A DNA stretch of 64,000 bases from Gnetum montanum (taxonomy: Eukaryota > Plantae > Gnetophyta), in the NCBI GenBank assembly GCA_015680685.1, contig MNCI01002560.1, positions 595,496 to 659,495 of the forward strand, read 5' to 3'. This document shows positions 51,760 to 64,000 of this stretch, piece after piece. Numbering within the stretch: the first letter of the stretch is position 1; each line of letters begins with the position of its first letter. The position numbers and the translations under genes were made by a program. Below the pieces are notes generated by a model that saw nothing but the letters and a program-made list of their open reading frames with translations, did not search any database and was not told where the DNA came from.

Positions 51760-54738
51760 GACTAATGCCGCAGTGTGGGAAGACACAACACAGAGAAAAG
51801 CTGCTACGACTGCAAAAATGGGGAACTCATGTAGTTCCTGGTGGCGGTGGCTCCTCCATGGGTGCTTTCCCTTTGTCACGTGCTTCAAGTTTTGAAGATT
51901 GATGATGTTGAAGAATAGCCTGGAGCTTCTCCTTCTTGGTCTGAGGGTCTTGTGCTGTCCATGCTGATGCTCCAATGTTTGATGGTGTCGGCACTTCCCA
52001 TGGATAGGGTAGTTGCGGGAACATCTGATTAGCTTTGACATACCACGCCGCAAACACCCGTCGTTCCTCTTCAAAGGCTCTGGCTTTGTCTTTGTACTCG
52101 TGAAGTTCTATTAGCCATTGAGCCAAGTCGGTTCACATCTTTCTGCCCTTGGTAGCTCTCTTTTACCACCGCGAGTTTAGAATTTGCAACATCTAATTTT
52201 TCAGCCAACTTCTTTCGCTCTGCAAATTTTGCTTCATATTTGATGTAGGCGGAAGCTACCTGCTGCTCGAGCTCTGACCTTGGGCGTCCTGCTGTTAACA
52301 TGGCCAGGTTGGCATATCGAAAGTTGGCCAACTCCATGTATTCAGTTAAGTCTTGGATCTGCAGGTCCCGGTTCTTAATCTCCACCTCGTGGGCATAGGC
52401 ATAAGTGTCCAATATGGCCCCCCAATCAGTGTGCTGGGCACTGATGTTGTTGATTTGGGCTTTTGCCATATGGATCTCCTTTTCCAGGATCTGTTTGTAC
52501 ATCCCCACCTAGTCACGGAAGTGCTCCTTCAGCTTCTCATGTCGTTTAGCCTCATTCTACCACGCACTAATCTCGATGGCTGATTTCTGTCGAATAGTGC
52601 GCACCTCCTCCATTGAGAGGGTTCAATTTTCTCTGGCTAAATTGCTTACGTCTTGGTTGACTTGAATGAATTGTTCTCGCAGCCGATGAAAGTGCTCATC
52701 GAGAACATTCTTTTACTTCTCCACATAAGTCAACCGAAGGTTATCGGCAACCAACTGCTTATTTTCTTCTTGTAAGGCCTTGAGTGCCTTAAGATGTGCA
52801 TGATTTTGCGCCTTTGCTGCGGAGGCATCCCAAGTGGCCGTCTCCTTTTCTTCTGCCACCTTCTTATTTTCTGCAATTAATTTGGTTAATTGCTTGGTTT
52901 TAAAATTGTCTAACTGGTCTACGGGAACCAATCACAAGGGATCCTGCTATGCTGCTTGTAAGACGATGAGCTGCTCTTGTAATTTCTACACTTCAGCCTC
53001 ANNNNNNNNNNNNNNNNNNNNNNNNNNNNNNNNNNNNNNNNNNNNNNNNNNNNNNNNNNNNNNNNNNNNNNNNNNNNNNNNNNNNNNNNNNNNNNNNNNN
53101 NNNNNNNNNNNNNNNNNNNNNNNNNNNNNNNNNNNNNNNNNNNNNNNNNNNNNNNNNNNNNNNNNNNNNNNNNNNNNNNNNNNNNNNNNNNNNNNNNNNN
53201 NNNNNNNNNNNNNNNNNNNNNNNNNNNNNNNNNNNNNNNNNNNNNNNNNNNNNNNNNNNNNNNNNNNNNNNNNNNNNNNNNNNNNNNNNNNNNNNNNNNN
53301 NNNNNNNNNNNNNNNNNNNNNNNNNNNNNNNNNNNNNNNNNNNNNNNNNNNNNNNNNNNNNNNNNNNNNNNNNNNNNNNNNNNNNNNNNNNNNNNNNNNN
53401 NNNNNNNNNNNNNNNNNNNNNNNNNNNNNNNNNNNNNNNNNNNNNNNNNNNNNNNNNNNNNNNNNNNNNNNNNNNNNNNNNNNNNNNNNNNNNNNNNNNN
53501 NNNNNNNNNNNNNNNNNNNNNNNNNNNNNNNNNNNNNNNNNNNNNNNNNNNNNNNNNNNNNNNNNNNNNNNNNNNNNNNNNNNNNNNNNNNNNNNNNNNN
53601 NNNNNNNNNNNNNNNNNNNNNNNNNNNNNNNNNNNNNNNCCTGGCATCATCGATGACACGGAAGAGACTGGTGTCATCATGACTTCCCCAACTGACCGTC
53701 TCAGCAATGGCCCTTAAATGGCTCATTGATGGTCTATAGTCTTGCAACGGCGGCTGATCCTAGCCTGTACCGGGTTCTGCTTCCTGTTGTTGGCTAGGGC
53801 CTATGGCTGGAGGTTGACTGGGTCCTGCAAGCTAAGTTGCAGGGGTTTTAGTCACTTTTTCTTCGTTTTCCTCATTAGGCCCCAACTCTTCGCCAGTACT
53901 CTTTCTTGGAGCTAGCGCCTTTAATAATTCGGCATAAGAAGCATTTTGGGCCTTTCGGAGGACATCATTTGTATATCCCCGAATACCTGCCTGACGGCAC
54001 AGTTTTCTGATAAGGCAGGGAAAAGGGATTGCCATTTTTCCTATCTTCTGTTCTTCGAATCGCCTTAGGATCTCCGTCAAATATAGATGAGGAAGGTTAG
54101 CATTAACCTTTCCCATCAACACTGCACATCCTCTTGCCGCATACGTTGATATTCTCTTTAAGCCTTTTATAGGGAAGAGGTGATAGGTCCCGATTTTAAA
54201 ATAGACTCACTCTTCCATGGTCAGCTCACCGAAAGCCTTATCTCTNNNNNNNNNNNNNNNNNNNNNNNNNNNNNNNNNNNNNNNNNNNNNNNNNNNNNNN
54301 NNNNNNNNNNNNNNNNNNNNNNNNNNNNNNNNNNNNNNNNNNNNNNNNNNNNNNNNNNNNNNNNNNNNNNNNNNNNNNNNNNNNNNNNNNNNNNNNNNNN
54401 NNNNNNNNNNNNNNNNNNNNNNNNNNNNNNNNNNNNNNNNNNNNNNNNNNNNNNNNNNNNNNNNNNNNNNNNNNNNNNNNNNNNNNNNNNNNNNNNNNNN
54501 NNNNNNNNNNNNNNNNNNNNNNNNNNNNNNNNNNNNNNNNNNNNNNNNNNNNNNNNNNNNNNNNNNNNNNNNNNNNNNNNNNNCCGGACCGTCTGGTAGG
54601 AGGTTCGTTTTGATGGATACTGAATGAATGCACCTCCTGTTCATTATGTTGTCTAGCAGGGACTTGTCTTTGACCTTTCCTAGGTTGCTTTGCTCCACCT
54701 TGGGTCAGAATCTTCTGCTAGGTGCGTTTCAGGGCCAT
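51760..54738 (-). pseudogene. Extra (env-position) ORF: putative plant transposon protein-like domain plus long coiled coil
   Basis: ATG at 54738 (MALKRT*QK). IPFPCLIRKLCRQAGI motif at 53832-54122. Heptad-rich ORFs at 52071-52931. Few stops or frameshifts, two N gaps. Confidence 0.75.
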
Positions 54739-54765
54739 CTGTAATCACACGGGCCAACATTAGTA
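54739..54765 (-). promoter_or_regulatory. Putative branch point and splice acceptor directly before the extra-ORF ATG
   Basis: Minus strand TACTAAT...GTGTGATTACAG|ATGGCC. The older copy at 37158-37188 has TACTAAC...GTGTGATTACAT|ATGGCT. Confidence 0.65.
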
Positions 54766-55849
54766 AGGTTGTTTAGGTAATCGAATTATACTTTACTACT
54801 TGCCTTAATTAAAGGTTTGCTATTATTGTGTGATTGTGCCCGAAAATTATGATAATGAGTCGTATGACTTAGGGGGATTTTCGTTTCCCGGTATACTTAG
54901 GGTCATATGATTTATGGCACAATTTCCTAAGGGTTAGTATTAATTACCCTAATTGATGTCCTTTGGGCGATGAANAAGACACCGTACAATCACATTCACC
55001 ACACTGCGGGCAGACACGGGAAAATTCTAACTCTGGAGGGATCAAACTGCCAGAGCTTCGCTACCTAAAACTGGGATCCCCAAACAAGGGAGAGCCGCCT
55101 CTTATTTATAGACATGGCGGCGGACTGCGATATCGCGTACGCGATATCGTAGGGAAGGACGCGATATCGCGGCTGACGCAGACCGCGTCTCATCATAGTG
55201 AAAATCCTACAAATATGCTAACTTTAGGTTGTCCAAATCCTCAAACACTACTCTTGTTTCCCTTGAAATGCCATCAATCTTAAAAATGTTATGGTAAAAC
55301 CACTATATCTTATTTTTTACTTTATATTTACAAAATCTATTTTTAGATTTGTTTCCCTTACATATTCACAAAGTTTTTTTATTTGCACTAGTAGTTACAT
55401 TTATACTACATATTATTTACATTGTTTTAGTTTTTATGCCACATATAATTTCTCTTTAACATTGATAAAACCTATTCCACATTTGTCTAATTACTTGGCT
55501 GAATGCCATTTATTCCTTTTGTGTTGACCATTATATGTTATAACATCATCAATATGGCCTCAAAATAGTAATCTTCTTAGATGTATGACCCTAAGGTCCT
55601 AGATGTAGTAGAGTATAGGTAGTCTCTTAGGTATCTAGGACTCAACCCAACACATGAAAACATTAATGAAGAATACTACAATTACATTGTGCATAAACCG
55701 AAGTTAGTTTGGGCATCCCATCCAAGAAGTTTAACTCCAGGCATTATTAAGAGTTGATCAATAGGAATGGGAAAGAATACATTCCTTCCCCATATGTCCA
55801 TATCTTACTATCGAAATTTTACATATACATCTTAGCATAATTTATGGAT

Positions 55850-58800
55850 GCAAATGATGAGGTTAAAGTGAGTAAGGAAGAAAATTTATGAAATAATCAA
55901 GAGGATCAAGATGAGTTTGGAGCTTATTAGGAGATTGATACTTACCTAGGGGATCCTTTATAGTAATCCTTCACTAAAGTGACCATGACCAACCATGTGT
56001 AGTTAGTCTCAATAATAAACCAAGCATCTCTTATGATCTTTATGAATCAATCCTTTCAACAAGCTTCCTTATTCAATTCCATGTTTACCTTGACATCTTT
56101 TTCCATGGTTCCTTAGCCTCTACCAATAGTTTCCTCTATGTCTCAATCCTTTTTAATTTTGGCTAGTCCCTCTTTGGGACCTCAAATCCCACATATTTCA
56201 TGCAATCCATTGTCACTAATAGTCCCTTTACTTCCCATATCCCCATACAAAAATTTTTCTACATGTTCAAACCTCATACAATGATAGTCACATGAATACT
56301 CTAGTATATACTATTGCTCATATAATAACCACAAACTATTCGATAACTAGTGCAACCTTTAGGAGCATAACAAGGCCTAGATCAAGCCTTCTAGATGATC
56401 TAGAACCTTACTACGAAGTTATGAAAGCATAAAACTAGTACAACTAAAATTGTAAAGATCATAAAATTTTATCAAAATGATCCTATCAATCTTGTTTTTT
56501 TCCCAAATAATATTACCCCTAGGCACACTTATCCCAAAATTCATCAAATACAAGGGTGAAGGAGATCCTAATGTACATCTCATCATATTCCATTTTGAGT
56601 ACCTCTTATTATAAGATTGCTCTTAAATAGTATTGTGAATCTTCCTAATGTCCTTGATAGGAAAATCCTTAGATTGGTATAGGATTTTGTCAAGGAGATC
56701 TATCTCTTGAATTGCTAATTTGATGTCCTAATTTTTTTATAGATTCAAATACAACTTGAAACCTAATACAACTTTAGACCAAGTGATGTAAGTGGGGTAT
56801 GGGTCACTTGAACCAACCCAAAATTTTATTGAGATATGGAATGCAATTCTCAATAGGATTTCAGAGCCCATCTTTGAATCTAATTTGTTAGCCATTTTCA
56901 AGTTGGTATTCAATGACTTTATAAAGCTAAAACTATACTACTTATATCCTCAATCACTCATTCAAGACCTTCATAAATTAAGAACATATAGGAGGCTATC
57001 AATGCTAGCAATGACCCAACCTGTGTAGCCTACAAAAATCAACACACAACAAGGCATAGGAATAAAACTAAGCCAACAGAAGTAACTTTGTCCATTATAG
57101 CAAAAGATGCAAAATAAGCAGAAGGGAAAAAGAGATCACAAGCTAACACATTTTCTAATCCATTAAAACCATCTAATTCATATGAATTTAGCCAAATTAA
57201 ACTAAACATTAAATGCAAGGACATGTCCAAGTACATGAAGTGACAAATGAAGCCTTCTAAGCTTCTTGAACAAGTGCTTACATATAACCATATTCAACAT
57301 AAGTAATAATCTAAGAATTCTAGAAAGAGACATAATCATATTTGTGAGATTACTAGAGAAATAATTGTAGTTACCAAATATTATCCACAATAACAAAAGT
57401 ACTTCAAGCTTAATAGATTTTGTCACTATCATCAAATAATTGGTCACAATAACAATTTTTTCTTAGTCTTTAAAGATGATCTTCAAAAGATAATAAATCA
57501 TAGAGAGCTAGTGTTGAATGAATCTAACTCTCCAAACAAAAAAAATGACCCTTATACCATAGCCTCATTTACAACATTTAATTGGTCTTATCCTCCTAAA
57601 TAAGTGTTTAGCATCATACCACTAGCTAGCACTTCGTCCCAAAATCTAAAGCCTAGAATGCCTTTTGTTATATGGATACAACCACCTTCAGCCTCTAAAG
57701 AGCCTTTTGTTATACATGTTACATTTTTATTGGTAACAACCTCACAACCCAAGAAAAGTGTTATCAATCCCTCTAAAGCTAGGGAACCTTTTGTTATCAG
57801 GATTCATCCATCATCAAGAAGTAAACCTGCAATAATCCATGACCAAGGCTCATCTATTATGGCCAATACCTCAACACTATCATCACTGACCAATGAAAAG
57901 ATAGCATAATAATGATGAAATTTTTTTTTGAAGTTTCCAATTAATCTCATTGAAGATAGTTAACAACAAAAGGCTTGGTAGCAAGTTGGTACACTAAAGA
58001 CAACATCAATAGTAGCCATACTTGTGAACACCATGGCTCAACATGCATCAACCAATCAACCAAGAGAAAATCACAAGCTAGATCTGGGTGAGGGATCCAA
58101 AAAATGCACACTAAAACATGGGCTATGAATCTTAGGCAAGATGAAGGAGGTTAAAGCAACCAAATCTAAAAAGCTACATGCCAACAAAAAAGATTTCCTC
58201 ACAACCATGAAACAAGATAAACATTCCCTACAGCAAAAGAACACACCATTGAACCTATATGACCTAGTCATGTCTTCTTCTACTCATATAGAAAAATTAC
58301 TTAAACTATTGGCCTCTATTCCTATGAGTTAAGATATGCCTACTAATGAGGAATCCATTCACTTTATTATCATGCAACCTTTACTAACAAAAAACAATCA
58401 TCAAGTAATGCTTACTTTTCATGATAGTCAGGTTAAGATTGACTCCCATAATGAAGAAGTGTTCTGTACCCCTCTCTTCATTATTATATGTGTTGAAAAC
58501 TACAAGGTTCATAATGTTCATGTGGATGATGGAGTAGCAATCAATGTAATTCCATTTACCATTATTGAACAATTGGATATGTTTGATAACATCCAAGAGA
58601 CCTCTACTTTAGCATTAAAATATTTCAATTAATCTAGGGTAGTAGTGAAAGGTTCTCCTTTGTTAGACTTTGTAGCTAGGGAACAATTCCTAACATTTTC
58701 TATCTTCTTAATATTTGAAAAGAGGCTTGGCTTTAACTTGATTATAGGATGACCATGGTTAGTTAAACTATGAGAAATCATGTATCCCATACATCAATAT

Positions 58801-58850
58801 ATTCACTTGTTATATGCAGATGGAAAAATTTTCATTCATAGAATAACATG
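55850..58850 (+). pseudogene. Decayed Ogre/Tat-like gag-protease
   Basis: IPKFIKYKGEGDPNVHL...LIGKSLDWY...RFKYNLKPN (56530-56770). HYHQIIGH...FKDDLQKII (~57424-57500). Protease PLFIIICVENYKVHNVHVDDGVAINVIP...FNLIIG*PWL (58470-58760). Confidence 0.8.
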
Positions 58851-61800
58851 TTTCTACCATCTTTTAATAAGGTTAACAATGAATGAGAATTGGAAGTAGA
58901 CTTTTAAGATGAATCTCTAGACACTAATAACAAACTCAACATCCAAGATGGGGCTAGCAACATTAAATCTAACTCTATATTGTTAAAAGAAATATTAAAA
59001 CAAGTATCACCTACCACATTGAAGAAAATGAATAGTGAAAATAAGATTATGCACAAGAAGCTCCTTGATCTATTGAAGATTAAGTAATAAATCTATAATT
59101 GACATCTTATCCCTCCATTTATTAATGATCATTTCTTTTCTTTTGTAGCCTTACATCATGTTTCAACATTTATTTTATTTTTATACTATTTTTTAACATT
59201 ATAATGTTTACTAAAACTTGGATACACTAGCCTACTAGGGCCTAAAACTAGATGCACATTAGCCTATTTTAGACTAACAAACATGTTGCATATTTAGGCT
59301 TATAATGTTGCATATTTAGGCTTATAATGTTGAAAATTGTTGAATTTTACCTAGTTTAGAAATCCTACTTTACCTTCATTGATGTTTAAACTCTTGTAAA
59401 TGCTACATTCTAGGCTTGAAACCTTACTACTTTACATTTCTCAAGTAGAAGTGCCAAAAAAATTGATCCTCATGGTAGAGAGAAACTAGAAACACTAGTC
59501 AAAATGCTAGAATATGAGCAAAAAATAAGCAAAAAAATTACTCTCTTGGCCTAGAAATGAAAACATGCTACCTCCATGCTTCCCTTGATTACATGAAAAT
59601 GCTAGGAATCTCATATTTTCTCACCTCAAATGCCTAGAAAACACTAATAATCTTTCTTTTCCCTACTCCACATTGTTAAGCCCTCTTGAAAAATTTCCCA
59701 AAAATTAACTATGGCCAAACACACTATGGGGAATCTTAATTTTGGCTCGAAAACATTGGTTTGGTAAAAATCCTTGTGAAATTGCTTAGAAACTCTATGT
59801 TATGATCAAAAACGTTACTATTGTATTCCAAAAACACTAGTGGTATGTTCCATGCAAAAACACTGGGGCCAAACAAGGTGCACCAATGAAATTGATAGCT
59901 TGATAGATTGAAAATGCTAGTAAGATTAGGATACACTACTCACACACTATCAGGACTCTCAAAAATGCTTCTATGCATGAATCCATTGCTTACACACTAT
60001 CAATATTACTCAAAAATTATAATCATGATCAAATAAGATGTTATCATGGTGTTTTGACATTAAAATACTATTATTTCATGATTTTATGACCTTTTATTAA
60101 ATTATTTTCTATTTTAACAATATAATAATCAAAATAGAAAATTAATGTCATTTATAATATTATTTTGACTTATTTTAATCTTTTCTAGAAAATGTCTTAT
60201 GCATATTACATTTAATATGTTTTTGTTGACATGGAGGATTAAGATATTGCAAATGACTTGCTTGTGAGCCTGAATGGACCTTTGGTAATGCTATTTTGTA
60301 CAAATCTAGAAAGCAAGATACAATGTTCTCAAGTTTTACTAATTGCATCTCAGGGTGGACAATGTTTGCTTGTTATCTCATATAATTTCTTGTAGTCTCA
60401 TGTTTTTTTGACTTGTGTTCTTGTTCTCTCTAAGTTGTGTTTGTAGGATGAATCTAAAATCATCGTAGAGGTATGACTCATCATAGAAATTAGTTATCAT
60501 GTAGTATTAATATACAAGATTTGGTTAGCTTATTTGAACTTGCTGATAATGGTTGCCTCATATCATTTGTGCTACCCTTTCATAGCCATAGCCATATATC
60601 AATTTTAGCTTTGTCTTTCTAACGGTGAAAACGTATGTTTGACATTCATGTATTATGGTCATGTGAAAGCTTTTACAACATGATTCATCAACTAGTTCAC
60701 TAAATCTCCAAGCACTTCATTAAGCAAGATAACAAAATTTTATCCTTCATGTCAAAACCTAAAGAAGGTTTCACTCCTTGAAAGGAAAAGAAAAAAAAAG
60801 CAAGAAATTCCAAGAAAGCCAAGAGATGAACGTAGCACAAAAAAAAGTTAACTAATGACTCAAGGAAAAAATGAATGAGCCAAATGGCCAAAGTATCTAA
60901 TACAAGAGCACTCATTTCTTCAAATCTAAGCATATGTAACCAATATAATAAGCACAAAGCATGAAGCCCTCATTAGAAAATGAGCACATCACAATGCAAT
61001 AACCATAATGTCAAAACATTTAGAATTCTTCATTAGCTTATTTAACCATATTCAAATAGTTAATTCAGCCAAAATAGTTTACTCCAACTTATCATCATTC
61101 CATTTTAACCTTACTTTATCATCGTGAGTACTCCTTGGCATAATTCAGCAGCTACAGAATCAAGTGTCAAAAAAGAGAGATATTGGTGATCAATGTGTGG
61201 TGATGTTTTACATTATTTGTTGATGTCTTTCATTTCAATTCTCAAAATATAAAAAAAGAGGGGCCAATTAAACACCTCAAATAAAATTCATATTGTAAAT
61301 AGGGAAGCTTTTTTGTCAAATTTTGTAATGTAATTCTAGTTGAATTTGAGAGAAAAAAAATGCCTCAATTTCCCTTAAGAAGATCAATCTTGTACCATTA
61401 TTTTGCCAAAATCCCATAGTGTTCTCACTTTGTAAAGTGTAATTCATGGTATGAGACACAAAAATCATCATGAATTATGCTAAAACATCATAATTAATCC
61501 TCATAATGTTGAAAACACTAGCATTCCCAACATAATTGCTCAAAAACACTATAGTTTTTCACCATACTAAGTGTTAAAAATGTTGTGTATGATGTCCTAA
61601 AAATTATCCAAGCCAAGTTAACATATAAATAGCAAATCACAATCTATTTAAAAATAATCAACACCATTTTTAGGGACTTTTGAATCATCAAAACTCTTCT
61701 AAACTTGAGATTTTTGAAACATAGCAGAGATCTAAAAGCCTAAACTCATTTCCCCAATGCTAATCATTGAGAGCATCTAGAACCTATTTTTAGCCTACAA

Positions 61801-62185
61801 ATTGATTAAATCTAGATGTATTTGTAAGGATTGTCAAACATACCACATCCACCTACACATCAAAGTTTCAATAGCATTTCAAGAAAGATGTATGGAATGC
61901 TCATATTTTTATATTTTTAAAGCCTAGAGGCTTCTAATTTGTATTTTCTAACCTTGTACATTTTTAGTATTAATATAAAGTTTACAGTAATTTTGGCCAC
62001 ATATTTTCCTATTATTTTCATACTATCTCTAGATTCTCTCATGAATCTAATATTAGATGTATTGTTCACTCATTTTCTCTTCCATATTTGTTCATTTTAT
62101 CTTGATAAAAAAATTCTAAGTTTTTAGGTGATCAACAAGGTCATCTAAGATACCTCAAATCCTTTTTGAGGTATATGGATCTAGC

Positions 62186-64000
62186 TGTACTGAAAAAAAT
62201 AATTTTGTAAATTAAACAAATAATATCAATCTAACATACTAACACTAGCTATCCATGTAATCACTAATTCAAAATAAAAATATCAATGTAGCATAGATTT
62301 ATAAGACTAAAACATACTAATATATAATAGTGATATGCATAAAATAAATAGTACTAATCACTAATTATCATGCATAAATTTAAAACATAAAGGAAATTAA
62401 ATAAGCTATACAATAAAACATAAAAGTCTACAACTAATACTAGCTATGCTAACCTATAGAATATTAACATTAAAATACATACTTTAGCCAAGTATACTAT
62501 GAATCATACCAACTACACAAATAACACTAAGTAATTTTAATATGCATAAACATAATAAAAATGTCTATATAATATAATCACATGATGAAAAAAAATACAA
62601 ATATATAGTACTTATTGAAATGATATCCCTAATCCATAGCCATATCCAGTGTAGCTATCACTCATCATAGTAGGTTTTTGTATCAACATAAATAAATACA
62701 TAATATGATAAAAACATAAACAACATAGCATGCTAGCATAGGATTTTAATGAACACTATGTGAACAACCAAATCATAAAATCTCAATTATATCATAGCAT
62801 AAGCACATAAATCATACCAAAGTGCATATATCAAATACATCCAGACGTACATTATACTCATCAACAAAGGATATCAAAATAATTATATAGAAGGAAAAAA
62901 CATAATGAAATTAAGTTTAATACTAACACAGAGTATTAGAATATAGGATTTTACATTTCTCCAGCTTAAGAATCTTCCTCTTAGAAGATCTTAGAATAGG
63001 TAGGATGAACATATGCCTTAAGCTTTCATGTTACATCTTGATAATTATGAAAACTTCAAGTTACCTTAAAAATAAATATTATTTTAGATCACAACCTATA
63101 CTTGATCTAAGATATAAAATAAACACTCAACATAAGATGCATAATCTTAAAGCTAAATCTTAAACTAGTCCATCACATGACTATCATCTAGCACATAGTT
63201 TTGTAACATTGATATGTGGAACATATCATGAATTCAAAAAAATAAAGATGCAAAGCCCACCCAATACACCACATCATCAATCCTCTCTAACATGTGAAAA
63301 TGATCTATAAACCTTAGAGTGAGATTATCTTTCCTATTGAAGCACACCAAGACATTTCAAGTAGAGACATGAAGAAACACTTGATTACCTATTGCAAACT
63401 CTAATAGCATCTCCTATAATTATTTTAGAAGACATGATAAGCCTACATTACCTTCAATTACTCTTCTATAGTATTAACTTATTTGGTGAATTATCTAAAC
63501 ATGTTAGTGCTAAGCCCAAGATATTTCTTGATTGAATTTAGTGAAAATATATTTTGCATGGTGTACCTTATAAAACTTCATATCATGTTGTAGACAAAGT
63601 TACTTATTAGATATTATTGTAGGTAATATTTTCTAATGATAATAAACCATCCAAGAAATCTATGTATTGAAGTGCATATTCTCAAAGCATGTCCTTCAAC
63701 ACTTGGTTCACACTCTTGAACTAGTCATCAATTTGTGAATGATACATAGAAATTACGTTCAATATTAACCCCAAAATACTTTGGAAATCACACCAAAACT
63801 AAGACATGAACTGAAATCTTAGTTGGAACATTGTATAGTCATACAACCTTTACTAGAAGAAGATAGGCTACATCCTTAGTATGAGCAATAGTATTTAGTA
63901 TTAATAAATGAGTAGACATGGTCATCAAATCTATAACTACTAAGATAATATTCTTCCTAATTTTTAATAAGATAAATTAGTCATGAGGTTCATACTAATA
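62186..64000 (-). mobile_element. Tekay/Del-like chromovirus 3' end: 3' LTR (62186-62955), chromodomain remnant, integrase
   Basis: TGTA...TTACA LTR. Integrase remnant SMYHSQIDD*FKSVNQVLKDML (~63684-63750) and a GPF-region remnant RFIDHFHMLERI (~63278-63316). Chromovirus-like PPT context at ~62956-62990. Confidence 0.75.

Larger units (their letters stand above)
50528..55195 (-). mobile_element. Young Athila-like LTR retrotransposon (interior partly collapsed by assembly)
   Basis: TGATGAG...CTCATCA termini. TSD TAGTG at 50523-50527 and 55196-55200. 3' LTR 50528-51655 followed by PPT-like TACCCCCAC. 5' LTR remnant 54976-55195 is nearly identical. CpG-rich. Confidence 0.92.
49314..62185 (+). 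mobile_element. Old non-autonomous Ogre/Tat-like element (LTRs ~49314-50265 and ~61268-62185), hosting the young Athila insertion
   Basis: Two diverged ~0.9-kb direct repeats. Purine tract AAAAAAAGAGGGGCC at ~61252-61266 before the second. Gag and protease remnants inside, no RT. Confidence 0.65.

Noticed and set aside
50527-54698. Long ORFs full of X in the ORF track
   Set aside because: Artefacts of translating N gaps.
54960-54976. Young element appearing to lack gag-pol
   Set aside because: The junction falls on a single N and the 5' LTR is truncated there, so collapse of the assembly cannot be excluded.
59284-59332. 22-bp perfect tandem duplication
   Set aside because: Ordinary slippage-type duplication in decayed TE sequence.

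Overview
This is AT-rich plant (seed-plant-like) intergenic DNA made almost entirely of nested, decayed LTR retrotransposons, with several assembly gaps. I see no intact host gene, RNA gene or CRISPR array. Recognisable families are: (i) several generations of Athila-like Ty3/Gypsy elements (TGATGAG...CTCATCA LTRs, TGGCGCCGTTGCCGGGGA-type PBS, extra env-position ORF), all on the minus strand, including a young copy at 50528-55195 with a TAGTG target-site duplication (TSD); (ii) Ogre/Tat-like gag(-protease) elements; (iii) a pol-less SIRE-like Ty1/Copia element at 25570-30487; (iv) the 3' end of a Tekay-like chromovirus at the right edge. An old ~7-8 kb duplication (about 2022-10005 vs 15433-22600) carries shared nested insertions. 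The most notable item is a 2.6-kb TGTTG...CAATA insert (41804-44415) with a perfect GTATG TSD that splits an Athila LTR. It carries a CpG-rich, pseudogenised 5' fragment of the host DEAD-box helicase RH24/DDX42, suggesting host-gene capture inside an LTR-like unit. Family assignments come from motif recognition by eye, and many boundaries are approximate.
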